Positions 10,030-19,267 of a stretch of 64,000 nt of DNA are shown piece by piece. The DNA is from Candidatus Krumholzibacteriia bacterium (GTDB lineage: Bacteria > Krumholzibacteriota > Krumholzibacteriia > JAJRXK01): assembly GCA_041484665.1 (NCBI GenBank), contig JBGPIA010000015.1:32001-96000 (forward strand). The letters are read 5' to 3'. Positions within the stretch are counted from its first letter, which is position 1. The number at the start of each line of letters is the position of its first letter. Under the pieces are notes generated by a model. That model saw only the letters and a program-made list of their open reading frames with translations. It was not told the DNA's origin and ran no database searches. The translations under genes and the position numbers were made by a program.

Positions 10030-11535
10030 GTGCAGGGGAACGCGCGACCGCGGCGGGACAGGCGAGAGCGCCGGGTGGAGGTCGCTGGGTTGCTCGGTCT
10101 GTGCGCGTGCCTGCTGGGTGCTCTCAGCATCGCAGCTGCAAGGCGCCCGCTCTGGTACGACGAGCTGTTCTCGTTCTACGTCGCGCGTCTGCCGACGCCC
10201 GGCGCGGTGTTGCGCGCCCTGCTGGCGGGCGCCGACAACGGCCCGCCGATCGACTACTGGTTGCGCCACCTGTCCATGAAGTGCTTCGGGGAGACGGCCT
10301 GGGCCCTCCGCTTGCCTTCCATCCTGGCGCTGTCGTGCACGCTGACATGCATCTGGACATTCGCCCGCAGGTGGGCGTCCGTCGCTGCCGCCACAGCGGC
10401 CGTGCTGCTTCCGCTGGGCACCGTCGCGGTGCACTACGCAACGGAGGGCCGGGCCTATGCCACGCTCCTGGCCCTGGCTTCGCTGTCGCTCTTGGCCTGG
10501 CAACGGGCCACCGAGAATCCCCGTAGCCCTGGCCGCCTCGCCGTGCTCTCGTTGGCTCTGGCGGCCGGTCCGCTCTGCCACTACTACGGCGTGCTCAACT
10601 ACGTCCCGATCGTCGTGGGTGAGGCTGTCAGAGTCTTTCGGCGCCGCAAGGTGTCGGTGCCGATCCTCGCGAGCATCGCGATCTCACTGTCCGCCCTCTT
10701 GCTGCTGCTGCCGTTCGTGCCCCACGCGTTGGAGATGAGGGAGCACTTCTGGGCGAGCCGGTTCGGGTTCAGAACGCTGCGCGACGACTATCGGGAGCTG
10801 ATCCGCACGGAGCTCCTGCCGTTCGTCTCCCTGTGCATCTTGGCGTTGCTGGGTGGGGCGTGGCGCGGCCTGCGCCGCACGCGCAGCGAGGGCTGCGGTC
10901 CGCGCGAGGGGGAGATCGCTGCCGCGGCTTCGCTGGCGCTCACACCCGTATCGGTGTGGGCCTTGGCCCTGCTCTACACGAACGCGATGACCTATCGCTA
11001 TGGGCTCGTCGCCGTTCTCGGCGTCGCGCTGCTCGCTGGTCATGCAGTGCTCGTGCTCGAGCGACTGGACCGTCGTCTGGCGTGGGCCGCGATCCTGGTG
11101 ATCGCGGCGGGGGGGCTCGTCACGGTCAAGCAGACCGTCAGGAGCGGCGGATACGGCCCGCTTGCGGCCGGGCTGGAGGAGTTCGTGATCGAGTCGAAGG
11201 CCCGCATCGCGGTGGACAGCCCGCGCTTATTCTTGGAGACCTTTCACTACCTGCCCGCTGCCTACAAGCCCAAGCTGGTCTACCTGACGGACAGAGATGC
11301 CTCGCGGCGGCGCCTGGGATTCGACAACGATGAGATCGCCATCCCGAAGCTGAAAACCGTCGTCGCGCTCGAGACCGAGCCATACTCCGAGTTTTGTGCG
11401 CGGGAGAGAGGGTTCTACGTGATGGCGGCGCAGAGCCGCTACTGGTTGCTCGAGCAGCTCGCCAGGGACGGCGCCGCGGTGGTTCAGATCGCCCAGTTCG
11501 GCAAGATCCAGGTCTTCCGCGTCGCCCTACGGTAG
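10030..11535 (+). CDS. Integral membrane GT-C (PMT/ArnT-like) glycosyltransferase
   Basis: LWYDE after first TM, PP..Y, ALRLPS, EGRAYA, many TM helices; GTG at 10030 preceded by GGGGAG. Confidence 0.75.
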   Translation: MQGNARPRRDRRERRVEVAGLLGLCACLLGALSIAAARRPLWYDELFSFYVARLPTPGAVLRALLAGADNGPPIDYWLRHLSMKCFGETAWALRLPSILALSCTLTCIWTFARRWASVAAATAAVLLPLGTVAVHYATEGRAYATLLALASLSLLAWQRATENPRSPGRLAVLSLALAAGPLCHYYGVLNYVPIVVGEAVRVFRRRKVSVPILASIAISLSALLLLLPFVPHALEMREHFWASRFGFRTLRDDYRELIRTELLPFVSLCILALLGGAWRGLRRTRSEGCGPREGEIAAAASLALTPVSVWALALLYTNAMTYRYGLVAVLGVALLAGHAVLVLERLDRRLAWAAILVIAAGGLVTVKQTVRSGGYGPLAAGLEEFVIESKARIAVDSPRLFLETFHYLPAAYKPKLVYLTDRDASRRRLGFDNDEIAIPKLKTVVALETEPYSEFCARERGFYVMAAQSRYWLLEQLARDGAAVVQIAQFGKIQVFRVALR

Positions 11536-11606
11536 AACCGGGCTTTGGCTCCGCTGCGGGCGGGCGCGCGGCCCGCTCGTGCGCGGCTCTTTGCGGGGCG
11601 CAAGCG

Positions 11607-12734
11607 TCAGGGGAGGTGCCAGCTCATGGTGAGATGGACGCCGTTCGGGGTCGGGGCGACGGACCAGGCCACCGCCTGCGCCGATGCCTCTGCGAGGTTG
11701 CCGCTCACGAAGGCATCGACGACGCTCCACAGGTAGAAGGACGCAGAGGTGCCGACGAGGATCGAGCGAATGAGGGCTCTGGTGTCCGTGCGGGACTTGG
11801 CATCGTCGATTGCTCCTTGAGCCGTGCGGCGCTCGTCGTCGTTCTGTGCCTCGTCGCGGCGCCGCTGCGCCGCGTAGAAGTCGCGGCGGGCCCCCAGAAC
11901 CGCTTCTTGAGCCAGAACCGCTCCGGCGACGGAGGCTCCGATGGCCGACGAGAAGATCGCGGCACGGGTGCTCCGGCCAAGGTAACGCTGGCCGGCCCCT
12001 GGCACGAGAGCGCTCCGCAGCGCGGCGCTCCGTCTTCCGGCCCGTGGGAACATCGCCGTGTACTCGCCGAGTGTGTCCGACCTCACGGTTGGCTTGGGGG
12101 TCAACAGCCAGGTCTCGACCCCTGCACCGAGCCAGGACGCGGCGAAGTACCCTGCCCAGATGCCCCGGATCCGCCTCTGGTCCCTCTCCTCGTCCTGCGC
12201 ATCGGACAGCTCGCGCGACGCGGCTGCGATCGCGTCGGCGGCGCTGGCTTGCGTGAGTTCCGCCATCGCCCGGGAAACACGGTCCTGCGCGTCCTTCACG
12301 GTCCCAGCGCTCCGCCACCACATGGCTCCCGAGAACGCCCCGGCCCCCAGGTGGTACCACCCGCGCCGCTCCCCCCGCACCAGGTGGACCAGACCGGGCG
12401 GTTTGAGCATGGCGGAGGGGCCCGCCCAGGAGCGGAACGTCAAACCGGTCTGGTCGCGGGTGAAGCGCCAGCGGGACGTTGCCAGCCCGGGCCCACCTGC
12501 AGTCAACCGGTACTTGCCGGGAGACAGGACCGAGAGCGGCACCGGACCGACGCCGAACACCGGGATCGGACCCTGGATGCTGAGGTAGGTGCTGGATGGC
12601 TCGGCCTTCAGCGCCTCCACCGTATCCGGGGATGGAATCGCCGAACGGATACCCTCCACCTGTCCCCACGCCGCGGCGCAGAACAACAGGTCGATCGCCA
12701 TGGCGCATGGGATCGACCGCCATCGCGGTCTCAC
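11607..12734 (-). CDS. Exported/membrane protein with duplicated hydrophobic-helix plus coiled-coil module (DUF5683-like motif)
   Basis: GTG at 12734 with GAGGAG RBS; signal-peptide-like N-terminus; LRSALVPGAGQRYLG motif and a related PPGLVHL copy. Confidence 0.6.
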   Translation of the reverse strand: MRPRWRSIPCAMAIDLLFCAAAWGQVEGIRSAIPSPDTVEALKAEPSSTYLSIQGPIPVFGVGPVPLSVLSPGKYRLTAGGPGLATSRWRFTRDQTGLTFRSWAGPSAMLKPPGLVHLVRGERRGWYHLGAGAFSGAMWWRSAGTVKDAQDRVSRAMAELTQASAADAIAAASRELSDAQDEERDQRRIRGIWAGYFAASWLGAGVETWLLTPKPTVRSDTLGEYTAMFPRAGRRSAALRSALVPGAGQRYLGRSTRAAIFSSAIGASVAGAVLAQEAVLGARRDFYAAQRRRDEAQNDDERRTAQGAIDDAKSRTDTRALIRSILVGTSASFYLWSVVDAFVSGNLAEASAQAVAWSVAPTPNGVHLTMSWHLP

Positions 12735-12813
12735 ATCGGCTCCTCGCGCTCGACCTCGGCCATTGCGGATGCGCCGCAGACACGCCCACGGATGGACGGG
12801 GTATTCCAGAACC

Positions 12814-14331
12814 TCAACGCATTGCCCCCCGTCGTAGACGTTCGGCCTCGCGGGAGGACCAGGCTCCGGTCCGCGTTTGGGGGAAGCGGGTCGCCGCCCG
12901 CTCCAGAAGCGCGACCGCGCGCGACGTGTCGCCCAGCTCGACGGTCGCCATGCGGGCGGCCTCAACCAGTAATCGCAGCTCTCTCGACGAGCCTGCCACG
13001 TATTCGCTCAACGTGACCATCTCGTTGACGGCCTCTTCCTGTCGGTGCTCCAGGGAAAGGGTTCGGATCAGCATCTCCCACGCATCGTACGTGCAGGGAT
13101 TCTCCGGATAGCGATCGAGGAACTCGCGGTACCCACGCTGCGCCTGCTCCAGAGCGCTCATCCTGGCAGCTTCGTTCCCGCTGCGCAAGTAGTGGTCCGC
13201 GATCTCGAGGTGCGTGCGCAACGCAGCGACACTGATGGGGTACTCGGCCTGCAAGGACCGGTAGCTGTCGATCGCTTCACTCCAGCGATCCAGCCGCTCG
13301 AGGATCTGCCCCTTGGCCAGAATTGCCTCGGGAGCGACGATCGCACTGTCGAATTCCCGCAGCAGACGATCGAGGAATCCAAGCGCCTCGTCCGGTCGCC
13401 CTTGCGCGCCAGCCTCGTCGGCCAGCACCAGCAGGGCCCGCGGAGCCGTCTCGCCCTGGGGGTAGTCCGCCAGCAGCGAGTCGATTTCCGCGCGAATGGC
13501 CTGTGGGGGCGAGTGTGCATGCACCCGCGCCATGACGGTCGCGAACCGGACCTCGGCCGGATCACGGGGAGGGGTGTCCATCGAGCGGAGCTGCTGCTCC
13601 AGGCGACGGAGGATCCGCTCGGCCTCGGCCCACTGGCCGAGGTCCGCGGCGATATCGGCCAGGTGGCCGCGCGCGCCGATCACGACCTTCGCAGACGCGC
13701 TCTCGGCAAGCATGCGCCTGTAGTAGCGGCGGCTCTCCGCATACTGAGTGGAGTCGCTGGGATCGCTCGAGGCACTCGCCTGCAACCGAGCGATGCGCAG
13801 CGGAAGAGCCAGGACCGTGCCGGCGATCCCGGGCTGACCCGGGCGAGGCTCGACCTGTTCGACGATGCTCCTGTAGTACTCGATGGCCTGGGCAATCTCA
13901 CCCCTGCTCTCCGCAATCCTGCCGCGCGAGAGAGAGACCTCGCCCGCGATGTTCGGCTGCTGTGAGAAGGTCGTCGCCATTTGCCGGAAGATCTGGTCCA
14001 CGCGCACGGAATCCTGGAGAGCGCCATGGATCTGCGCCGTGCTGAACAGAGCCCGCGCCGCGATTCCCTGGAGCTCAGTCTGGACTGCGGCCGAGCCACG
14101 GCTCCCGGAGCCCGACCCGGACAGGCAACGGCCGGCGATCTCCTCGTATCGATCTGCGAGGGCTCTCCACCGGTCCTCACCCGTATGCCTCGCGCTCGCG
14201 GAGAGTCGCTGGAACTCCCGGTTGGCTCTCCAGCTGTCCCGCTCAGCCCGGTAGCGCTGCCCGATCTCCTGCCCGCTGCAGCTCGCCAACAGCAGCAGGA
14301 GGGCGCCAAAGGCGAACGGGCGCATGCTCAT
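12814..14331 (-). CDS. TPR-repeat lipoprotein
   Basis: MSMRPFAFGALLLLLASC lipobox; repeated YP....A..A TPR-like helices; ATGA overlap with upstream gene. Confidence 0.75.
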   Translation of the reverse strand: MSMRPFAFGALLLLLASCSGQEIGQRYRAERDSWRANREFQRLSASARHTGEDRWRALADRYEEIAGRCLSGSGSGSRGSAAVQTELQGIAARALFSTAQIHGALQDSVRVDQIFRQMATTFSQQPNIAGEVSLSRGRIAESRGEIAQAIEYYRSIVEQVEPRPGQPGIAGTVLALPLRIARLQASASSDPSDSTQYAESRRYYRRMLAESASAKVVIGARGHLADIAADLGQWAEAERILRRLEQQLRSMDTPPRDPAEVRFATVMARVHAHSPPQAIRAEIDSLLADYPQGETAPRALLVLADEAGAQGRPDEALGFLDRLLREFDSAIVAPEAILAKGQILERLDRWSEAIDSYRSLQAEYPISVAALRTHLEIADHYLRSGNEAARMSALEQAQRGYREFLDRYPENPCTYDAWEMLIRTLSLEHRQEEAVNEMVTLSEYVAGSSRELRLLVEAARMATVELGDTSRAVALLERAATRFPQTRTGAWSSREAERLRRGAMR

Positions 14332-15161
14332 CGGCCGGTCCTGGTTGCGGAGACGAACATCCGCGTGATCGAGCCGACCAGCACGAATGTGAGCAGGACT
14401 GTGGCCACGATCCGCAGTCCCACGACGCCGGCGACCAATTCGGGGCGCGGCACGGTGGAGGGGCTTACGCGGCTCAGTACGTACGAGAACGGAGCAAGCA
14501 GCCCTGCCGGAACGGCCACCAGGATGATCGTAGGCGCGAAAACCCAGCGGGCGAGGCCCACGGAGTCGCGAATCGCGGACCACATGGACCGGCCCTTCAG
14601 CACCACGAAGGCCGTCGAGTAGGCCAACAACGCGTGGGCCAAGACGACCAGCAGCGGCTTTCCCGCCAGAGCGATCCACCGCAACAGAGAGCTTTCCAGC
14701 CGCGCCTCCACCGGAAGCAAGCCGAACAGTGCGCTCGCGGCCTGTCGTGCCCCCGCCGCCAGCAGCGCGAGGCCGACGAGAGCGGGGGCGCAACGAGTGG
14801 CGACCGCCCAGGCACTCTCCTCATGCGCGAGGCCGAAGGCCGCGGCGAAGCGGAGCGTGGCGACCCCGGGCACCACCCAGGCGAGGAGAATGTCGATCCC
14901 GGCCGCCACTTTGTCGTACATCGCAGGCAGGGCGAAGAAGTGGAATGGGTAGTGGGTCGCCACCTCACCACCCAAGGCCTGGACCAGCGGGGCAGCGAAC
15001 GGGACGAGGGGCGGTTGGTGGAAAAAGACGAGCAGACACAGGATGGGAGCCTGCACGCTCGCGATCATCAAGACCGGCATCCAGATCGAAGAGCGGTCGG
15101 CGACCCCGACCACGCTCCGCCAGGCCAACGCCGCAACGCCGAGTGGCCGGAACCAGTTCAA
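14328..15161 (-). CDS. Hypothetical integral membrane protein
   Basis: About 6 hydrophobic segments; translationally coupled to the TPR gene. Confidence 0.65.
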   Translation of the reverse strand: MNWFRPLGVAALAWRSVVGVADRSSIWMPVLMIASVQAPILCLLVFFHQPPLVPFAAPLVQALGGEVATHYPFHFFALPAMYDKVAAGIDILLAWVVPGVATLRFAAAFGLAHEESAWAVATRCAPALVGLALLAAGARQAASALFGLLPVEARLESSLLRWIALAGKPLLVVLAHALLAYSTAFVVLKGRSMWSAIRDSVGLARWVFAPTIILVAVPAGLLAPFSYVLSRVSPSTVPRPELVAGVVGLRIVATVLLTFVLVGSITRMFVSATRTGR

Positions 15162-15383
15162 GGTTGGCGCCCCCGGATTCCGCGTGCTCTCCGCAGTTCG
15201 GGACCGGCCAGAGTATAGGATCGGCCGGGAAGATGCGGATCAGCGGGCCATCGGAAGTCCCAGCCGGGGGCGGTGGGCGCCTGCCGCCCTGGTCGCCGCC
15301 GCGCTCTCGAAGAAGGCTAGAGCACCCCCGCTGCGAGCGTCAAGGAGCCGCAAGCCCTGCCTGGGCGATGCTCCGGCAAGTTG

Positions 15384-15830
15384 CTAGAGGGCCTTCAGGT
15401 CCCGCAGGACCTCCTGCGGATGGTCCGCGGGCTTCACCTTCTCGTAGGCGCGGGCGATCTTCCCGGTCTTGTCGATCAGGTAGCTGATGCGGTGGGCGTA
15501 CTGATCGGTGCTCTTCTCGCACGCGCCGTACGCAAGCCCGACGTCGCGCTGGGTATCGCAGAGTAGATCGAACGGGAAGCTGAATTTCTCGGCAAAGGTG
15601 TGGTTGGCGTCGACGGTGTCGAAGCTGATCCCCATGACCGTGCAGTTGAGCTTCTGGAACTCGTGGATTCCGTCCCGGAACCCTTTCCCTTCGGCCGTTC
15701 AACCGGGCGTATCGGCCTTGGGATAGAACCACAGCACGACCGCCTTGCCCTTCAGGTGCGCGAGACGCACGGTCTGCCCTTTGTGGTTCTGCACGCTGAA
15801 CTCCGGAGCTTGTACGCCGACCCTGAGCAT
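15384..15830 (-). CDS. bcp: Peroxiredoxin BCP/PrxQ, probable selenoprotein (Sec44 encoded by TGA)
   Basis: AGGAGG RBS and ATG at 15830; MLRVGVQAPEFSVQNHKGQTVRLAHLKGKAVVLWFYPKADTPG-TGA-TAEGKGFRD... continues in frame into the 83-aa ORF of the track; TGA sits at the peroxidatic Cys position; 148 aa. Confidence 0.9.
15665..15683 (-). promoter_or_regulatory. Candidate bacterial SECIS hairpin
   Basis: GGGUUCCG-GGA-CGGAAUCC, 8-bp stem with one G-U pair and G-led loop, starting 15 nt after the in-frame UGA. Confidence 0.7.
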
Positions 15831-15904
15831 AAGCCCTCCTCTTCTGTGCATGGCCTCCGTCGCCCCGGAGGGGCGCGCCGTCGAGCGCGCAGCCGAAGTA
15901 GACG

Positions 15905-16318
15905 TCAGACACCGAGCACGCGCGCAGCGCGCTCGTATGCGTCGGGCTTCACGTAGACGAGGTAGCCGTAGCCGCCTCGCGCGTCGGTCACACCGTTGCT
16001 CGCGTAGACATTGATCTCCGCGTCGTAGAGCGCGCGGTGGATGTCCACCAGTGCGCCGAGCTGATCGTCACCCTGGATGAGCAGGGCGCGCTGCGGGCCG
16101 GAGAGCTGCATTCCCATCGTTTTCGCCGCCGCGATCAGCAAGTCGACCGACTCGGGGAACAGCTGCAGCTGGGTCTGGGTGGCGCCCATCGGGATGACAC
16201 TGAAGGCCAGCAGGTACACGCCCGCCTCGGCGAGCTGCGAGAGGAACGCATAGGCCTGCCCTGGCTTGTCGGCCACGGTGGCGTAGAAATAATCCACGCG
16301 GCGAATGTGGGCGCCCAT
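15905..16318 (-). CDS. Tandem ACT-like domain protein
   Basis: VADKPG...LSQLAEAGV and DDQLGAL......DAEINV, two ACT-type repeats; GGAGG RBS. Confidence 0.75.
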   Translation of the reverse strand: MGAHIRRVDYFYATVADKPGQAYAFLSQLAEAGVYLLAFSVIPMGATQTQLQLFPESVDLLIAAAKTMGMQLSGPQRALLIQGDDQLGALVDIHRALYDAEINVYASNGVTDARGGYGYLVYVKPDAYERAARVLGV

Positions 16319-16462
16319 CCGGCACCTCCCCCGTGAAAGGGCCTCCTGCCTGCGATTGAACGCCCACGCGAGATCGGCGTCAATGGGGACGGCCCGTGCG
16401 CAGCAACCGGCCCGCGGGCGATAGCCGTCTCAAGCGGCATGCGCTAGATTGGCCCCCCTGAT

Positions 16463-17812
16463 ATGGCCGCGCGCCGCCGCCCGCTCCTCGCCCTCACCCA
16501 CCGCGACTTCCGCCGGCTGTGGCTGGCTCAGCTCGTCTCCCTCACCGGGTCCCAGATGCAGGCGGTGGCCATCGGCTGGCACATCTACCTGTTGACCCAC
16601 TCGCCGCTGGCGCTGGGGATGGTGGGGCTGACGCGCGTGGTCCCCATCATCGTCTTCTCCCTGTGGGGCGGGATCCTAGCCGATCGCCGCGACCGGCGCT
16701 GGGTGATGTTCTGGGCACAGATCGTCATGACGGCCGTGGCCGCCTCGCTCTCCACCTTGACGTTCGTAGGCCACGAGCGGCTCTGGATGATCTACGCGCT
16801 CAACGCCGTCGCCGCCGCCGCCACCGCCTTCGACGCGCCCGCCCGCCAGGCGCTCATCCCGCGACTGGTGCCGATGGCGGACCTGCCGGGCGCGCTCTCC
16901 CTCAATCTGACGGCGTTCCACACGGCCATGATCGCGGGCCCGGCCGCCGCCGGGTTGCTCATCGCCGGCACCGGGCGGTGGTTGGCGCCGGGCGCAGCGC
17001 CCGCCAGGATGATGGCCGAGAGCGCGGTGGCCGCGCACGGCACGGCAGGGCTGGCGTGGATCTACGCGCTCAACGCCCTCTCGTTTCTGGCGGTGCTGGC
17101 CGCGTTGCGAGCGATGGACCCCTCGCTCGGGCGCGCACCCGGCGACCCGCTGCAGCGGGTCAGCCCGCTGTCCTCGCTCAAGGAGGGACTGCGCTTCGTG
17201 TTCGCCACGCCGCTCATGGTGTGGACCATGGCGCTGGACTTCTTCGCCACCTTCTTCTCGGGAGCGATGTCGCTGCTGCCCATCTTCGCAGACCAGATCC
17301 TGAGGGTCGGGCCCGCGGGGTACGGGACGCTGGCCGCGGCGCCCGCGCTGGGCGCCCTCCTGGGCGCGTTGTTCACCTCCGTACACCCACTCCCCAACCG
17401 GCAGGGACGTGTGTTCCTGTGGGCGGTCGCCGCCTACGGGGCGGCGACGATCGCGTTCGGGTTCTCGCGCAGCTTCCTGCTGACCTTCGCCGCGCTGGCG
17501 GGCTCCGGACTGGCCGACCTCGTCTCCACCGTGATCCGGCAGACCCTGCGCCAGCTGATCACCCCCGACGCGCTGCGCGGCCGCATGACCTCGATCAACA
17601 TGATCTTCTTCATGGGCGGCCCGCAGCTCGGAGAGCTGGAGGCTGGTGTGGTGGCCTCGTTGTTCGCCTCGGCGGCCGTGGGCGCAACGGTTTCGGTCGT
17701 CTCGGGCGGACTGGCAACGTTGGTAGTGGTGGCGGTGATCGCCGGCGCCACGCGCATCGTGCGCGAGTACGATCTCCAGGAGCAGCCGCCCCACCAGGCT
17801 CGGGGAGGCTGA
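16463..17812 (+). CDS. MFS transporter (EntS/MefA-like)
   Basis: DFRRLW, GILADRRDRR motif A, PARQAL, LRGRM; about 12 TM. Confidence 0.9.
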   Translation: MAARRRPLLALTHRDFRRLWLAQLVSLTGSQMQAVAIGWHIYLLTHSPLALGMVGLTRVVPIIVFSLWGGILADRRDRRWVMFWAQIVMTAVAASLSTLTFVGHERLWMIYALNAVAAAATAFDAPARQALIPRLVPMADLPGALSLNLTAFHTAMIAGPAAAGLLIAGTGRWLAPGAAPARMMAESAVAAHGTAGLAWIYALNALSFLAVLAALRAMDPSLGRAPGDPLQRVSPLSSLKEGLRFVFATPLMVWTMALDFFATFFSGAMSLLPIFADQILRVGPAGYGTLAAAPALGALLGALFTSVHPLPNRQGRVFLWAVAAYGAATIAFGFSRSFLLTFAALAGSGLADLVSTVIRQTLRQLITPDALRGRMTSINMIFFMGGPQLGELEAGVVASLFASAAVGATVSVVSGGLATLVVVAVIAGATRIVREYDLQEQPPHQARGG

Positions 17813-17870
17813 GGGCCGCCCGTGCGCGGCGTCAGGTCTCCGAGTCTCGTCTGCGCATCCCACCACCGCA

Positions 17871-17940
17871 TCCCCGCAGGGGCCTCCCGCAGGCGACTCC
17901 CGCAGGCGCCTCTCGCCGGCACCTCCCGCCGGCGCCTCTC
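17871..17940. repeat. ~13-bp tandem repeat (CTCCCGCAGGCGC-like, ~5 copies)
   Basis: ctcccgcaggcga/ctcccgcaggcgc/ctctcgccggcac/ctcccgccggcgc read directly. Confidence 0.7.
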
Positions 17941-18139
17941 CCCGCCGCATTCCGGCGCGCAACGGCCGACCCCCGGCCGGGCTGGAACCCGAGTGCGCTC
18001 CCGGGACTTGAAAGGAGCGTGTCGGGTCCCCTGCGCAACGTGGCCCTGCCGCAACGCCGAGTCCCCAGCCGGGTTGCAGCTGGGTGCTTGGCCGCCCGCG
18101 CAGCAGGAGGAAGGAACGGGGGGTGCATGACCCGGGCGC

Positions 18140-18394
18140 GTGGTCTGCAGAGAAGGCCGCAGCGGGATCGTGGAGTCCGGCGGGGACTACTTTACGGTGA
18201 CGTTCGCGGGGCTGCCGGAGGCCCACGCGGGGCAGCTCGTCCGAGTCGAGGACGGCCGGGCGGTGGAGGTCTGGGTCTCCCTGGGTGCGGACCCGCAGCC
18301 TGGCCCGGCACCCGCTCCAGGCACTGGCTGGGCATCGGGCAGCTTGCCTTCGAGAGCAGCAGCTGACGCGTGGTGCGAGGAGTGGTTGGGATAA
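18140..18394 (+). CDS. Small hypothetical protein
   Basis: 84-aa ORF with protein-like composition (GDYFTVTFAG...WCEEWLG); start uncertain. Confidence 0.4.
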   Translation: MVCREGRSGIVESGGDYFTVTFAGLPEAHAGQLVRVEDGRAVEVWVSLGADPQPGPAPAPGTGWASGSLPSRAAADAWCEEWLG

Positions 18395-18529
18395 GGCCCG
18401 CCCTCGTGGGTCGCCCCCCCTCCGAGCCCCGGCGCTGGCGGTCCCGTTCTCGGGATCCTGGCTCCGCGGCGGCGCTCGACCCGGGACGCGGTCCGTCCCG
18501 TCTACGTTGGCATTGCTGTTGCACCAGGC

Positions 18530-19045
18530 ATGGGCATGGCCTACCTCAGGACCAGCTCTGCCTCCGGCGTCCGCGGCGCGTTGCTGGCGGGGATTGGCGT
18601 CGTCGCGGCGCTGGCCGTCGTCGTCGGTCTGGTGCGCCATCCCTCGGGAACCGATCGAGCGGACGCCACTTCGCCCGAGCAGGCTGCCCTGCTGGCTGCC
18701 CAAGCGCTCGCCGGGCACGACTGGCCGGCGTACCGCCGGCTCTCCGTCACGAGCGTCGACCTCCTGCACGCCGAGGCCGTCAGCCATGGCGGGCGAGGCA
18801 GCTCGTTCGAGGACGCGTTGCGCCCCGCTGCCGAGGCGCGGCTGCGCGCCGAGTTCGATGCGCTGGTGCAGCAGAGACTGCTGAACGAGCGCGACTTGGA
18901 CGGGCTGCAGGTCGTCGCGGCAAAGCCGGGTCCCGATGAATGGCAGTTCGATCTCCAGGATCGCGCCGGCCGGGTGCTCCCCGTCAGCATCTACGTGACC
19001 CGTCTGGACGGACGGTTCCGCGTCACCGCCCTCGAGCCGCACTAG
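18530..19045 (+). CDS. Hypothetical protein with N-terminal membrane anchor
   Basis: One TM helix followed by a soluble domain; GC3-rich codons. Confidence 0.6.
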   Translation: MGMAYLRTSSASGVRGALLAGIGVVAALAVVVGLVRHPSGTDRADATSPEQAALLAAQALAGHDWPAYRRLSVTSVDLLHAEAVSHGGRGSSFEDALRPAAEARLRAEFDALVQQRLLNERDLDGLQVVAAKPGPDEWQFDLQDRAGRVLPVSIYVTRLDGRFRVTALEPH

Positions 19046-19267
19046 TCGTAGCCTCAAGGCAAGGTGCAGTGCAGCCGCGCACCCCGAGCGGCTTGGCGCG
19101 GGGGGCGACCGTAGCCTGGCGCGGGTGCGGGCGTGGCGCTATTCTTGCCAGCCGCAGCGGCACGGGGTCGTCGATCGGCCAGCTCGTGCGGATGGCCGCG
19201 CGCGCCGGCGGCCCGGTCGCCCGGCGGGCCGAGGCCCAACCCAAGCTCCACCTGGAGGTCTTCCCCC

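Noticed and set aside
15384..15635. 83-aa ORF as a complete gene, or bcp as a nonsense pseudogene
   Set aside because: The upstream frame, RBS, TGA at the catalytic position and downstream hairpin support Sec read-through.
19134..19148. TGGCGC-N5-TTGC sigma54-like site upstream of efp
   Set aside because: It overlaps an equally plausible sigma70 -10 (TATTCT), and no UAS is evident; ambiguous.
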